Positions 20,576 through 30,445 of a DNA stretch of 64,000 bases are shown here, in pieces. The notes beneath the pieces were generated by a model that saw only the letters and a program-made list of their open reading frames with translations, ran no database searches and was not told the DNA's origin. Origin of the DNA: Planctomycetota bacterium. GTDB lineage: Bacteria > Planctomycetota > UBA11346. How positions within the stretch are numbered: the first letter of the stretch is position 1; each line of letters starts with the position of its first letter. The position numbers and the translations under genes are program-made. The stretch lies in assembly GCA_038231435.1 (NCBI GenBank), contig JBBRLJ010000012.1:32001-96000 (forward strand), read 5' to 3'.

Positions 20576-21900
20576 TCCACGAATGACATCGGCAGGCCCG
20601 CGGGAGCCCCCACGAGCGCTCCGTCGCGCATCGCGAGCGCGCCCCGGATGACCGTCATCACCGGCCAGCCGGTGACGCGCATGCCGTCGAACGGCGTCCA
20701 GCCGACCTTGGTGGCCATGGCTTTGTTCTCGATCACCCGCTGGGCGCCGAGATCGACGATGGTCAGGTCGGCATCGTAGCCGCAGGCGATGCGGCCCTTG
20801 CGCGCGATGCCGAAGATGCGCTGCGGTCCGGCAGACGTCAGATCGACGAAGCGTTCGAGGGTCAGGCGCCCCTTGGCGACGTGGTCGAGCATCACCGGCA
20901 GCAGCGTCTGCACGCCAGGCATGCCCGATGGCGTGTTCGGGTAGGCCGCGTCCTTCTCGGCGCGGGTATGCGGGGCGTGATCGGTGCCGAGCACGTCGAC
21001 GGTGCCGTCGGCGATGGCTGCCCACAGCGCGGCGCGGTGGCGTTCGTCGCGCACCGGAGGATTCATCTGCGCGTAGGCGCCGAGGCGGTCGTAGCAGTCG
21101 GGCGCCACCAGGGTCAGGTGGTTGGGCAGCACCTCGACGGTGGCGTGGTCTTTGTGGGCCCGCAGCAGCTCGAGCTCCTCGGCGGTGGTCACGTGCAGCA
21201 CGTGAACGCGCTTGCGGCGCTCCTTCGCCAGTCGCAGCAGGCGTCGCGTCGCGATCAACGCGGTCTCGACATCACGCCACATCGGGTGCATGCGCACGTG
21301 CGCGCCATGGTCGGGGATGAGCGAGCGCCGTTCCTTGAGTCGCGACTCGTCTTCGCAATGCACCGCCATGCGCCGCGATACCGAATCGAGGATGCGTCCG
21401 AGCACGGCCTCGTCGTCGACCAGCAGCGAGCCGGTGGATGAGCCCATGAACACCTTCACGCCGCAGCACCCGGGCAGGCGCTCGAGAGCGCCGAGCTGAT
21501 CGGCGTTCTCGGCGGCGCCGCCCATATAGAAGGCATGATCGACCCAGGCGCGTCCGCGCGCGCGCGCGAGCTTGTCTTCGAGGCCCTCGCGCGTGGTCAT
21601 GCTCGGCTTGGTGTTCGGCATCTCGAACAGCGCCACCACGCCGCCGAGGGCGGCGCCGGCGGTTCCGGATGCGAGGTCTTCCTTGTGCTCGAGCCCGGGC
21701 TCGCGGAAGTGCACCTGCGAGTCGATGACGCCCGGCAGCACGTGCAGGCCGCGGGCCTCGATGACGTCCGCGGCCGTGGCCTTGGACAGATCGCCGATGG
21801 CCGCAAAGCGTCCGGCGCGGATGCCGATGTCGCAGAGCGCGCGTCCGGCGTGGCTGACGACGGTGCCGCCACGGATGATCAGGTCGAATGACGCGTTCAT
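20566..21900 (-). CDS. pyrC: Dihydroorotase
   Basis: LPGVIDSQVHFREPG, FEMPNT, KVFMGSSTG, QMNPPVR, GTDHAPH, GYDADL, GWTPFDG. Confidence 0.93.
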   Translation of the reverse strand: MNASFDLIIRGGTVVSHAGRALCDIGIRAGRFAAIGDLSKATAADVIEARGLHVLPGVIDSQVHFREPGLEHKEDLASGTAGAALGGVVALFEMPNTKPSMTTREGLEDKLARARGRAWVDHAFYMGGAAENADQLGALERLPGCCGVKVFMGSSTGSLLVDDEAVLGRILDSVSRRMAVHCEDESRLKERRSLIPDHGAHVRMHPMWRDVETALIATRRLLRLAKERRKRVHVLHVTTAEELELLRAHKDHATVEVLPNHLTLVAPDCYDRLGAYAQMNPPVRDERHRAALWAAIADGTVDVLGTDHAPHTRAEKDAAYPNTPSGMPGVQTLLPVMLDHVAKGRLTLERFVDLTSAGPQRIFGIARKGRIACGYDADLTIVDLGAQRVIENKAMATKVGWTPFDGMRVTGWPVMTVIRGALAMRDGALVGAPAGLPMSFVECL

Positions 21901-22031
21901 GGCGGCATTTGATCGCCGGGGCGCCCCGGCGCCACGGGACAGGCGGCGAGCCCTCACCGATCCTGGCTCTGGTCGCCGTGGGCCGAGCCACGAGGTGCCT
22001 GCCCGCTCAGATCCTGGGCCCGGGACGGTGC

Positions 22032-22751
22032 CTAGTGGAGGGACGTGGCCTGGACCGGCGACGGCACGACGACATGGCGCGCAGGGAAGGACAGGTCGAA
22101 CGGTTCGTCCGGGGCGGGAGCTTGGTAGGTCAGGATGAGTGCGAAGCGGTCTGCGCCGGACTGGTTGGTGAACGAGGCGTGTGGCAGGCGGTCGCCGAAG
22201 ACGATGGCGCCGCCCTGGGGGACTTCGCACGCCACGTCGTCGGCCTCGCTCCAGGCCGGGTCGCTGATGACGTTGGTGAATTCGCCGTTGGTGCCCGCGC
22301 CTCCGCCATTGCTATGTGCCCATTCGCGCAGATGCCCGCCGCGCGCCACGCGCATGCAGCCATTGTCGCGCCGGGCATCGTCCAGCGCGAGCCATACCGA
22401 CATCTTGGCGCGCGTGCCGCGCCAATACGCCTGGTCGACGTGCCATGGCGTCGCGAAGCGCTTCGCCCCCGACTTGAACACGAACTTGTCGCTCATGAAC
22501 ATCACGCCATCGGGCATCAGCGGCGCGATCAGCCCGACCAGCCGCGGATCGCCCGCGAGCCGCCTGAAGCGCTCGCTGACCACCGCCACCCCGACCATCA
22601 CCGTCGCCTCGGGCCCAGCATGCTCGCGCATCAGCGCCACCGCCTCAGCCTTCAGGTCCTCGCACTCCTTCCGCGTCAGCGCCCCCGTCGCGACCACGTA
22701 CCCGTCGCGGGCGTAATCCCCCGCGATCATGCGTTTACCATCATCTCCCAT
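22032..22751 (-). CDS. Phytanoyl-CoA dioxygenase (PhyH) family Fe(II)/2OG dioxygenase
   Basis: YARDGY, TPWHVDQAYW, VWLALDDARRDNGCM, PHASFTNQS..R. Start uncertain (22769/22751/22730). Confidence 0.9.
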   Translation of the reverse strand: MGDDGKRMIAGDYARDGYVVATGALTRKECEDLKAEAVALMREHAGPEATVMVGVAVVSERFRRLAGDPRLVGLIAPLMPDGVMFMSDKFVFKSGAKRFATPWHVDQAYWRGTRAKMSVWLALDDARRDNGCMRVARGGHLREWAHSNGGGAGTNGEFTNVISDPAWSEADDVACEVPQGGAIVFGDRLPHASFTNQSGADRFALILTYQAPAPDEPFDLSFPARHVVVPSPVQATSLH

Positions 22752-22890
22752 CGCGTTGTCGTAGTTCATGATGTCATTGTATAGCCAGGAATAATCGAGA
22801 TGATTTAGCAAGACAGCCAGTATCAGTTAGCAATTTCCATCACGGATTTCCCTCTTCCCTCTTCTTCGCTTCCCCGCTCCTCCTCCTTCC

Positions 22891-23691
22891 ATGCCCCACC
22901 CCATCTCCGCCTCCCCCATCGAGAGCGTCCTGCTGGTCGAACGCATCGAGCCACGTCTCGGTCGGTTCGAGGCCACGTCCCTTCCTGGCCACCTGGTGCA
23001 CGTGGTGATGAGCGGCCGGGTGCGCCAGGAGTGTAACGGCCGCGTCTACGATCTCGCCCCGCGCTCCGCCATCTGGTACCACGAGGACGAACTGGTGCGC
23101 GGCGAATGCTTCGAGCCCTGGTCGTTCTATTCGGTCAACTTCATCGCGCCGTCGCTGCCACCGCCGGAATTCGCCGCGCGCTTGGTGCGACCACCATGGA
23201 CGCGCACCATCGCCTGCTGCCGCGCGATGCATGCCGCATGGCACGACCACGCGCTGTCCGCCCAGCGACGCGAACTCGAGGTGCATGCGGCGCTCAATGG
23301 TTTGCTCGCCTGCCTCGCGAGCGTGTCGAGCGCCGAGCCGGTGCGCACGGACGAGCGCTCGCGCCTGTGGTGGTGGCTCGAGACCGAGGTGCGCAAGCGC
23401 CTCGATGAACGCCTCGACATGCCGGCTCTCGCGCGGCTCACCGGCGTCAGCGCGGCGACCATCGAGCGCTCGTGCCGGCACGCGGTGGGATTGCCGCCGA
23501 TGCGCCGCCTCAAGCGCCTGCGCTTGAGCCTCGCCAAGGGCCTGCTGGCCCGCGAGGACCTGGGCATCGGCGAGATCGCGAAGCTGGTGGGATACGACCG
23601 CGTCCACGAATTCTCGCGGGATTACCGCAAATTCTACGGAGTGCCGCCCAGCCACGGGCGGCCCGCGGGGCAGGCGCGCCGGGCCCGCTAG
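22891..23691 (+). CDS. AraC-family transcriptional regulator
   Basis: Cupin-like N-terminus, LARLTGVS, IGEIAKLVGYDRVHEFSRDYRKFYGVPP. Confidence 0.92.
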   Translation: MPHPISASPIESVLLVERIEPRLGRFEATSLPGHLVHVVMSGRVRQECNGRVYDLAPRSAIWYHEDELVRGECFEPWSFYSVNFIAPSLPPPEFAARLVRPPWTRTIACCRAMHAAWHDHALSAQRRELEVHAALNGLLACLASVSSAEPVRTDERSRLWWWLETEVRKRLDERLDMPALARLTGVSAATIERSCRHAVGLPPMRRLKRLRLSLAKGLLAREDLGIGEIAKLVGYDRVHEFSRDYRKFYGVPPSHGRPAGQARRAR

Positions 23692-23730
23692 CGGTCGACG
23701 GGTCGGACCACGAGGGGGGCCTCGATCCGA

Positions 23731-24411
23731 TCAACCCTCGAGCGTCCGCTTCGCATCCCGTGGCTTGGCCTTCTCGGCCGCCACTCCCTGGCGCGGACAC
23801 GCGGTGGCGAACGGGCAGCGCTCGCATCGCGGCGACACCCGCTTGCAGCAATCGCGACCGAGGCGGATGAACTGGTGGCACAGCCGCACCCAGCGATGCG
23901 CGGGGAAGCGGTCGGCGAGCGCGGTCTCGGCGTGGGTCGGATGCTCGGAGGGCGTCCAGCCGAAACGGTGCGCGATGCGCTGGACATGGGTGTCGGCGGC
24001 GATCGCCGGGATGCCGAAGGCGTTGCCGAGCACCACGGCCGCGGTCTTGCGCCCGACACCGGGCAGCGCCGCCAGGTCGGCCATGCTCTGCGGCACCTTA
24101 CCGCCATGCAGTCGTACGATTGCGCGCGCGGCCTCGACGATGGCTCGGGCCTTCTGGCGGAAGAGCGGCACCTGTCGCAGCACCGGCTCGAGATCGCGAT
24201 GGTCGACGCCCGCCACCGCCTCAGGGCCGACGAAGTGCTCGGTGAACACCGCCATCACCTTGTTGACCTGCACGTCGTGAGCACGCGCCGACAGGATCGC
24301 CGCCACCAGCAGCTCCCACGGATCCTTCGCGCGCAGCTCGCAGGCGGCGTCGGGATAGAGCCGCTCGAGCGACGTGCCGACGTGTCCGGGATCGAGCACG
24401 GGCTGGTCCAT
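23731..24411 (-). CDS. nth: Endonuclease III
   Basis: ELLVAAILSA, HhH motif LPGVGRKTA, DTHVQR, [4Fe-4S] motif C-X6-C-X2-C-X5-C. Confidence 0.92.
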   Translation of the reverse strand: MDQPVLDPGHVGTSLERLYPDAACELRAKDPWELLVAAILSARAHDVQVNKVMAVFTEHFVGPEAVAGVDHRDLEPVLRQVPLFRQKARAIVEAARAIVRLHGGKVPQSMADLAALPGVGRKTAAVVLGNAFGIPAIAADTHVQRIAHRFGWTPSEHPTHAETALADRFPAHRWVRLCHQFIRLGRDCCKRVSPRCERCPFATACPRQGVAAEKAKPRDAKRTLEG

Positions 24412-24430
24412 GGCCGTCAAATCGCCGTGG

Positions 24431-24958
24431 TCAATTGATGTAGTGCGCGACCCAGCCAGCCGGATCCACGAAGAGCCGGATGGCGGTGATCTTGCGATCG
24501 GCGCACAGGGTGAAGAGATGGTGGTAGTTCTTGGGCACCGAGATGAAGTCGCCTGGCTGCAGCTCGATGTCGAGCGCTTCGCCCTGCTTACCGTCTTGGA
24601 GAGGGAACACGGTAAAGACGCCGCGGCCCTGCACGCAGAAGCGCACCTCGTCCTCGACGTGCAGGTGCTTCTTGTCGAACTTGGCGAGCATGACGTCGAG
24701 GTTTGGCGTGTCAGGCCACAGGCTGACGACATCGGCGGTGACGTAGCCGCCCTTGGACTTCATGCGGTCGAGCTCGGGCTTGAACGCCTTCAGCACGTCC
24801 TGCTTCTCGGCATCCGACAGGTTGCGACTGCGCAGGCTCTCGGGCAGGCGGTCGACACCCCAGGTCTCGAAGCCGATGCCGATGGTCTCGAGCGCCTTGG
24901 CGACCTGCTTCTGGTCCTTGACGGTCTTCTTCGATTCGCGGTAGGTAAGCACTGCCAT
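24431..24958 (-). CDS. mtnD: Acireductone dioxygenase (methionine salvage)
   Basis: GGYVTADVV, HLHVEDEVRF, GDFISVP..HH.F, AIRLF....GW. AGGA RBS. Confidence 0.9.
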   Translation of the reverse strand: MAVLTYRESKKTVKDQKQVAKALETIGIGFETWGVDRLPESLRSRNLSDAEKQDVLKAFKPELDRMKSKGGYVTADVVSLWPDTPNLDVMLAKFDKKHLHVEDEVRFCVQGRGVFTVFPLQDGKQGEALDIELQPGDFISVPKNYHHLFTLCADRKITAIRLFVDPAGWVAHYIN

Positions 24959-25083
24959 GGCTGATGATTCCTGAAGGGATGCGGGTGCGGCCGATTGCGA
25001 CGACGAGGGAATCCGAAGCCGGAGTTTCCCGGATGAATGCCGAAGGATGAAGTGTAAACAGCTCTCGGGTGTTTCCACCGGAA

Positions 25084-27234
25084 ATGGATGCCATGCCTTC
25101 GACGGACCCGCCTGGGATCAGGGCCGCACTGCCGGCGCGAGAACCGGAAGATTTCTCCTTGCGCTTCATCGCGGGGATCGGGCCGGCGCGCGCCCAGGCG
25201 CTCGCGGCCGCGGGCTTGCGCACCGCGTGGGACGTGATCCACGCGGTGCCGCGGTTGCTGCCGCCGCCGCCGCCGATGGTCGAGAGCGGGCCGCTCGAGC
25301 CCGGAGCGTTGGCGCGGGTGCGGGCGCGGGTGCTGCGCGTGCGGCCGATCTTCCGCCGCGGCCGCGGCATGTCGGTCGAGGCCATGCTCGAGCGCGCCGA
25401 CGGGTACCCGCTCAAGGCGATGTTCTTCAATGCCGGCTGGCTGAAGCGCCATCTGCTGCCGAACGAATGGTACCTGTGGGAGGGCCGCGCCGATGAGAAG
25501 CGCGCGGGGGTGCTGAACCATCCGTCGTTCACGCACATGGCGAGCGGACTCGCGACGCCCGGGCCGGTAGACGAACGGCCGCGCGTGGCGTACCGGCCGC
25601 CAGCCGGGATCTCGGAGCGCGCTTTCGAGCAGCTGGTCGAGAACGTCCTCATCGAGCACGTTCCGCGCCTGGCCGATCCGCTGGGAGAGCTCGCGCCCGC
25701 GGCGTATCAGCTGCTGATCCTCTCGCTGCACCATCCGGCAGACGCCGCCGCGCACGAGCAGGCGGCGCGCGGCCTCGCCCGCCGCGAATTGCGCGCCCTG
25801 GCCTGGCTGCTGCAGTCGCGACGCGCGCGACAGCTGTCGGAGCCCGGACGCGCCTGGACCTGGAGCGACGACATCGATCGGCGCGCGCGCGCCCGCCTGC
25901 CCTTCACCCTCACCGCCGGCCAGGACGAGGCGCTCGCGGCGATCCGCGCCGACATGCGCGCGCCCGAACCGATGTGCCGCCTGCTGCAGGGCGACGTCGG
26001 CAGCGGCAAGACCGCGTTGGCGCTGATCGCGTGCCTGGCGGTGATCGCCGAGGGGGCGCAGGCGCTGATGATGGCGCCGACCGCGATCCTCGCCGAGCAG
26101 CACCACGCGTTCTTCGCCCGCTGCCTGGCCGGTTCGCGCGTGCGCTTGCGTCTGCTCACCGCCGCCAGCACTGCCGTGGAACGCTCCGCGATCATCGCCG
26201 ATCTCGCCGCCGGACGTCTCGACGTGCTGATCGGCACGCACGCGCTGCTCGAGGACGACGTGCGGCCGCTGGCGCTGGGCCTGGTGGTGATCGACGAGCA
26301 GCACAAGTTCGGTGTGGCGCAGCGCGCCGCCCTGGTGGCCCATCGCGGCCCTGCCCAGCCGTGGCGGCCGGACCTGCTGCTGCTCACCGCCACGCCGATC
26401 CCGCGCACCCTGGCGCTGACCGTGTTCGGGGATCTCGCGGTGTCGCGCATCGCCGGCCGGCCGCCGGGACGCGGCGAGGTCACCACCGAATGCCAACGCC
26501 TTGAGGCCACGGCGCAGCTCGATGCGCCGCTGCGCGCGGCGCTCGCATCTGGCGGCCGCGCCTTCGTGATCTGCCCGTTCAAGACCCGGGCCCAGGAGAC
26601 GAGCCAGGACACGGGAGATGACGCCGGCGATGACGTTGCGCGGGCGTGGACGGCCGAGGCGGTGCTGGCCCACATCGCTGGGGTGTTCCCGGGCGAGGCC
26701 GCGCTGGTCCATGGCGATCTCCGAGACGATGAGAAGACCGCGGCGATGCGCGCGTTCGCCACGGGCGTAGCGCGCATCCTGGTGGCGACGACGGTGGTCG
26801 AGGTGGGCATCGACGTGCCCGAGGCCACCCTGCTCGCGGTGCTCGACGCCGAACGCTTCGGCCTCGCCCAGCTGCATCAGCTGCGCGGGCGCATCGGACG
26901 CGGGCCTGGCGGCGGCCGCTGCATCCTCTTCCACCGCGGCGAACTGCCATCGCCGCGGCTGCTCGCGCTCTCCGCGAGCGATGACGGCCTGGCGATCGCC
27001 GAGGCTGATCTCGCGGCGCGCGGACCGGGCGAGCTGCTCGGCACCGGGCAGCATGGCGCATTCATCCTGCGCGCCGCCGATCTGGCGCGCGATCTCGATC
27101 TGCTGCAGGATGCGCACGAGGCGGTACGCGCGGCCATCGCCCGTCATGAGCCGATGCCGCCCGGGCTCCGCCCCTTCCTGGCCGACGACCAGCTGCCCGA
27201 GGGCGCGTCGAGCGACCTGCTCGCTGGAGGCTGA
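25084..27234 (+). CDS. recG: ATP-dependent DNA helicase RecG
   Basis: GIGPARA, OB-fold wedge (FFN), LPFTLT, RLLQGDVGSGKT, DEQHKFGV, TATPIPRTL, AERFGLAQLHQLRGRIGR, RGPGELLGT.Q. Confidence 0.95.
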   Translation: MDAMPSTDPPGIRAALPAREPEDFSLRFIAGIGPARAQALAAAGLRTAWDVIHAVPRLLPPPPPMVESGPLEPGALARVRARVLRVRPIFRRGRGMSVEAMLERADGYPLKAMFFNAGWLKRHLLPNEWYLWEGRADEKRAGVLNHPSFTHMASGLATPGPVDERPRVAYRPPAGISERAFEQLVENVLIEHVPRLADPLGELAPAAYQLLILSLHHPADAAAHEQAARGLARRELRALAWLLQSRRARQLSEPGRAWTWSDDIDRRARARLPFTLTAGQDEALAAIRADMRAPEPMCRLLQGDVGSGKTALALIACLAVIAEGAQALMMAPTAILAEQHHAFFARCLAGSRVRLRLLTAASTAVERSAIIADLAAGRLDVLIGTHALLEDDVRPLALGLVVIDEQHKFGVAQRAALVAHRGPAQPWRPDLLLLTATPIPRTLALTVFGDLAVSRIAGRPPGRGEVTTECQRLEATAQLDAPLRAALASGGRAFVICPFKTRAQETSQDTGDDAGDDVARAWTAEAVLAHIAGVFPGEAALVHGDLRDDEKTAAMRAFATGVARILVATTVVEVGIDVPEATLLAVLDAERFGLAQLHQLRGRIGRGPGGGRCILFHRGELPSPRLLALSASDDGLAIAEADLAARGPGELLGTGQHGAFILRAADLARDLDLLQDAHEAVRAAIARHEPMPPGLRPFLADDQLPEGASSDLLAGG

Positions 27235-27258
27235 AGGGGCGCTCGCTACCATGGTGCC

Positions 27259-28233
27259 ATGGCCACGTGCTACATCTGCTGCCCGGCCTACGCCCTCGAA
27301 GGGCCGCTGAAGAAGACACGCGCCATCGAGGCGATCGAACCCTTCGCCAAGGAATTCGCGCTCGAGATCGTGCCTTCGCCGCTGATGGACCGCCACCTGG
27401 GCACCGGCGCCTGGCTGCCCACCGCCGAACGGCGCGCCGACCTCCGCCGCGCCCTCGAGCACGACGTGGTGTGGGCATGCATGGGCGGCTACGGTTCCAT
27501 CCACCTGGTGGGCGATCTGATGGCGGCGTCGCCGGCCAAGCAGCCGATGATCATCGGCTACAGCGACATCACCGTTCTGCACGCCTGCTGGCGCGCGCGT
27601 GGATGGGGCGAGGGCTGCTACATCGCTCTCCCGCCCGGTCGCCACGGCCGCGCGGGCGAGAGCCTGCTCGCGCTGATGCGCGGCACCTCGTACCGCCGCT
27701 CGGGCGAGATCGACGCCGGCGTGCGCGTACTGCGCTCCGGCAGCGCCAAGGGCCCGTGCATGAGCGCGTGCGTCTCGGTGTTCGCCGGATTGTGCGGCAC
27801 CCCGGCGATGCCGTCGCTGCGCGGCTGCGTGCTGGCGATCGAGGACGTTGACGAGCATCCGTTCCAGCTCGACTACGCGCTGATGCAGCTGTGGCTGTCG
27901 GGCGCGCTCGAGGGCATCGTCGGCCTGATCGGCGGATCGTTCACCCACAAGGAGCGCTCGGACTACCACGGGCCGACCATCGACGAGGTGCTGGCCGAAT
28001 GGGCGCACCGCCTGGGCATTCCGGCGATCTCGCGTCTGCCGTTCGGGCACATCGACGACGGCCTGACCATGCCGTGCGGCCGCGAGGTCGAGCTGTCGTG
28101 CGACGAGCGCGGCGCATGGCAGTTCATCGTCTCCGAGCACCCTGATCCGCCCGCGTGGTCGCGCTCCGGGTCGCCAACAGGGAAGCACGCCTCTCCGGCA
28201 CATGCGGCTCCATCCAGGAAGGCATCCACATGA
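27259..28233 (+). CDS. S66 family LD-carboxypeptidase (LdcA/MccF-like)
   Basis: GGYGS, catalytic Ser in GYSDIT, Glu in IEDVDE, His in PFGH. Confidence 0.9.
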   Translation: MATCYICCPAYALEGPLKKTRAIEAIEPFAKEFALEIVPSPLMDRHLGTGAWLPTAERRADLRRALEHDVVWACMGGYGSIHLVGDLMAASPAKQPMIIGYSDITVLHACWRARGWGEGCYIALPPGRHGRAGESLLALMRGTSYRRSGEIDAGVRVLRSGSAKGPCMSACVSVFAGLCGTPAMPSLRGCVLAIEDVDEHPFQLDYALMQLWLSGALEGIVGLIGGSFTHKERSDYHGPTIDEVLAEWAHRLGIPAISRLPFGHIDDGLTMPCGREVELSCDERGAWQFIVSEHPDPPAWSRSGSPTGKHASPAHAAPSRKAST

Positions 28234-29387
28234 GCACCTCCGAGGCATCTCTCCTGGCAGGGATCGTCGCGCGCGCGGTCGAGCTCCGCCACGATCTGCA
28301 CCGCCATCCAGAGCTGATGTTCGAGGAGCACCGCACCGCGGCCGTGGTGCGCGCGCAGCTCGATCGCATCGGCATCCCGTGGCGCGCCTGCGCGGTCACC
28401 GGCACGCTCGCCACCCTGGCGCCCTCGGCGACGGGCACGCACATCGCGCTGCGCGCTGACCTCGACGCGCTGCCGCTCACCGAGTGCACCAGCCTCGCCT
28501 ACTCCAGCGTGCACGAGGGCAAGATGCACGCCTGCGGCCATGACGGCCACACCGCCAGCCTGGTCGCCGCCGCCGAATGGCTGAAGTCGCGCGAGCGCGA
28601 CCTGCCGGGCCCGGTGACCCTGCTCTTCCAGCCGGCGGAAGAGGGCGGCCATGGCGCGAAGCGCATGATCGACGACGGCGCCCTCACCGGCATCGACGAG
28701 ATCTACGGCTACCACAACTGGCCGCCGCTGGCATTCGGCAAGGCCGCCTGCGGCCCCGGCCCGGTGCTCGCCGCCAACGGCGAATGGGAGGCCACCATCT
28801 CGGGCCGCGGCGGTCACGCCGCGCAGCCGCACCAGACCATCGATCCGGTGGTGGCCGGCGCCGCGTTCGTCACGCTGCTGCAGCAGGTGGTGAGCCGCCA
28901 GGTCTCGCCGACCGAGGCCTCGGTGCTGTCGGTCACCTGCTTCCACGCCGGCACCTTCAACAACATCATCCCCGACGAGGCCAAGCTGGTCGGCACGGTG
29001 CGCGCCGCGACCACCCAGCTGCGCGACGAGCTCGCGCGGCGCGCCGAGGCGGTGCTGGTCTCGGCGTGCTCGGTGTCCGGAGCCAAGCCGCATTTCGAGT
29101 TCACGCCCTGCTATCCCGCGACGGTGAACGATCCACGGTGCGCGGCGCGCGCCTGCGCGGCGATCGAGCGCGTGCTCGGACCGGGCAGCGTCGACGCTGC
29201 CGCGCTGCCGGTGATGGTCTCCGAGGACTTCTCCTACTATCTGGAGCAGCGGCCCGGCGCGTACATGCTGTTGGGCGCAGGTGTAGCGGGTCGAGAGCTC
29301 GAGCCGTGCCACAGCCCGCGCTTCGACTACCACGACGGCCTGATCCCGGTGGTGGTGAAGTTGTGGGCGGATCTCGCCGGACTGTGA
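28230..29387 (+). CDS. M20D amidohydrolase (hippurate hydrolase-like)
   Basis: LHRHPEL, LRADLDALP, MHACGHDGH, FQPAEE, GGHAA.PH, SEDF, HSPRFD. ATGA overlap with the S66 gene. Confidence 0.94.
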   Translation: MSTSEASLLAGIVARAVELRHDLHRHPELMFEEHRTAAVVRAQLDRIGIPWRACAVTGTLATLAPSATGTHIALRADLDALPLTECTSLAYSSVHEGKMHACGHDGHTASLVAAAEWLKSRERDLPGPVTLLFQPAEEGGHGAKRMIDDGALTGIDEIYGYHNWPPLAFGKAACGPGPVLAANGEWEATISGRGGHAAQPHQTIDPVVAGAAFVTLLQQVVSRQVSPTEASVLSVTCFHAGTFNNIIPDEAKLVGTVRAATTQLRDELARRAEAVLVSACSVSGAKPHFEFTPCYPATVNDPRCAARACAAIERVLGPGSVDAAALPVMVSEDFSYYLEQRPGAYMLLGAGVAGRELEPCHSPRFDYHDGLIPVVVKLWADLAGL

Positions 29388-29482
29388 TCATCGATGATGA
29401 TCGTTGATGACCGATGACGACCGAGGACGCACAGGATGCGGAGTGCGGGTTGCGGCACGGTCGAGCATGCCGTGGCATCGGC

Positions 29483-30388
29483 ATGGCCTGGTGCGCTGTG
29501 CTGGGAATGCTAGCGATGCTGGCGTGCGCGGGATGCCGGGACGCGCCAGGTCCCCGGCGTTTGACGCTGGTGGTCCCCGACGGTTACCGCGGCATCGTGC
29601 GCGTGGTCACGGATAACGCTGGTAGCGACGCTCCGATAGTCGACGGCGAGTTCGTGGTCGCGGTACCGCGCAATGGCATGCTGCGATTGAAGCCCCTTCC
29701 ACTTAGCGCAACCCAGGGCAAGGATTGGCAGGGAGTCAGGTGCCGCACCGTCAGCGGGGTCGACATCCCATCCGGCGCGGGGCTCGAGGTCGATGGCGGC
29801 GTCCTTCAGAGCGAGGTGGCGTTCTGGCCGCTCGGCCGATTGGTGATCGCATCCGCGACGGACGATGCCCATGACCTGCTGATCGGAACAGTCGTCGATC
29901 GAGATGAGGCCAAGACCGCGCCTGGGCATTTCGCGCCAGGCGATGTCAACGCGATGAAACGCTATCATGCGTTGAGCGGCATGGGCCGCTCCGCGTACGC
30001 GCTCGGTGATCTGACGACGGCCGCATCGAGCGCGCGCGAACTGCTCGCATTGGCTGATGAATTCCCCAACGACTGGAACTTCGGTGATGCCGTGCACGAC
30101 GGCAACATGTTGCTGGGCCTGGTGGCGCTGCGCTCAGGAGACATCACGGGTGCGCGCGAGCGCTTGGCCGCCGCCGGCGCGACCCCAGGATCGCCGCACT
30201 TGGATTCGGCCGGCCCCGACATGACCCTCGCGAAGGAGATGATCGCGTCGGGCGAACGTGAGGCGGTGCTTGCCTATTTCGCCGCTTGCGAGCGCTTCTG
30301 GAAATACGGTTCCGCGCATCTCTTCGCGTGGCGTCAGACGGTCGAAGCCGGAGGCATGCCCGACTTCGGTAGGAACCTCGATCACTGA
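29483..30388 (+). CDS. Hypothetical lipoprotein: N-terminal beta domain plus C-terminal TPR-like helical domain
   Basis: Lipobox-like LACAGC, VPDGYRGIV, C-terminal DWNFGDAVHDGNMLLGLVAL...GATPGSPHLDSAGPDM...CERFW. Confidence 0.7.
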   Translation: MAWCAVLGMLAMLACAGCRDAPGPRRLTLVVPDGYRGIVRVVTDNAGSDAPIVDGEFVVAVPRNGMLRLKPLPLSATQGKDWQGVRCRTVSGVDIPSGAGLEVDGGVLQSEVAFWPLGRLVIASATDDAHDLLIGTVVDRDEAKTAPGHFAPGDVNAMKRYHALSGMGRSAYALGDLTTAASSARELLALADEFPNDWNFGDAVHDGNMLLGLVALRSGDITGARERLAAAGATPGSPHLDSAGPDMTLAKEMIASGEREAVLAYFAACERFWKYGSAHLFAWRQTVEAGGMPDFGRNLDH

Positions 30389-30445
30389 TCGGCGCATGTC
30401 GGATAGACGGGTGTCCGACGCGCCAAGAGGCCCTACGCTGCACCC

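Noticed and set aside
24960..25080. SAM riboswitch upstream of mtnD
   Set aside because: I could not find the SAM-I/II core motifs; an Infernal/Rfam scan would settle it.
24790..28248. 1152-aa minus-strand ORF and other long antisense ORFs (951-2603, 3350-5353, 31585-33072)
   Set aside because: Shadow frames of well-supported genes in high-GC DNA, with no motifs of their own.
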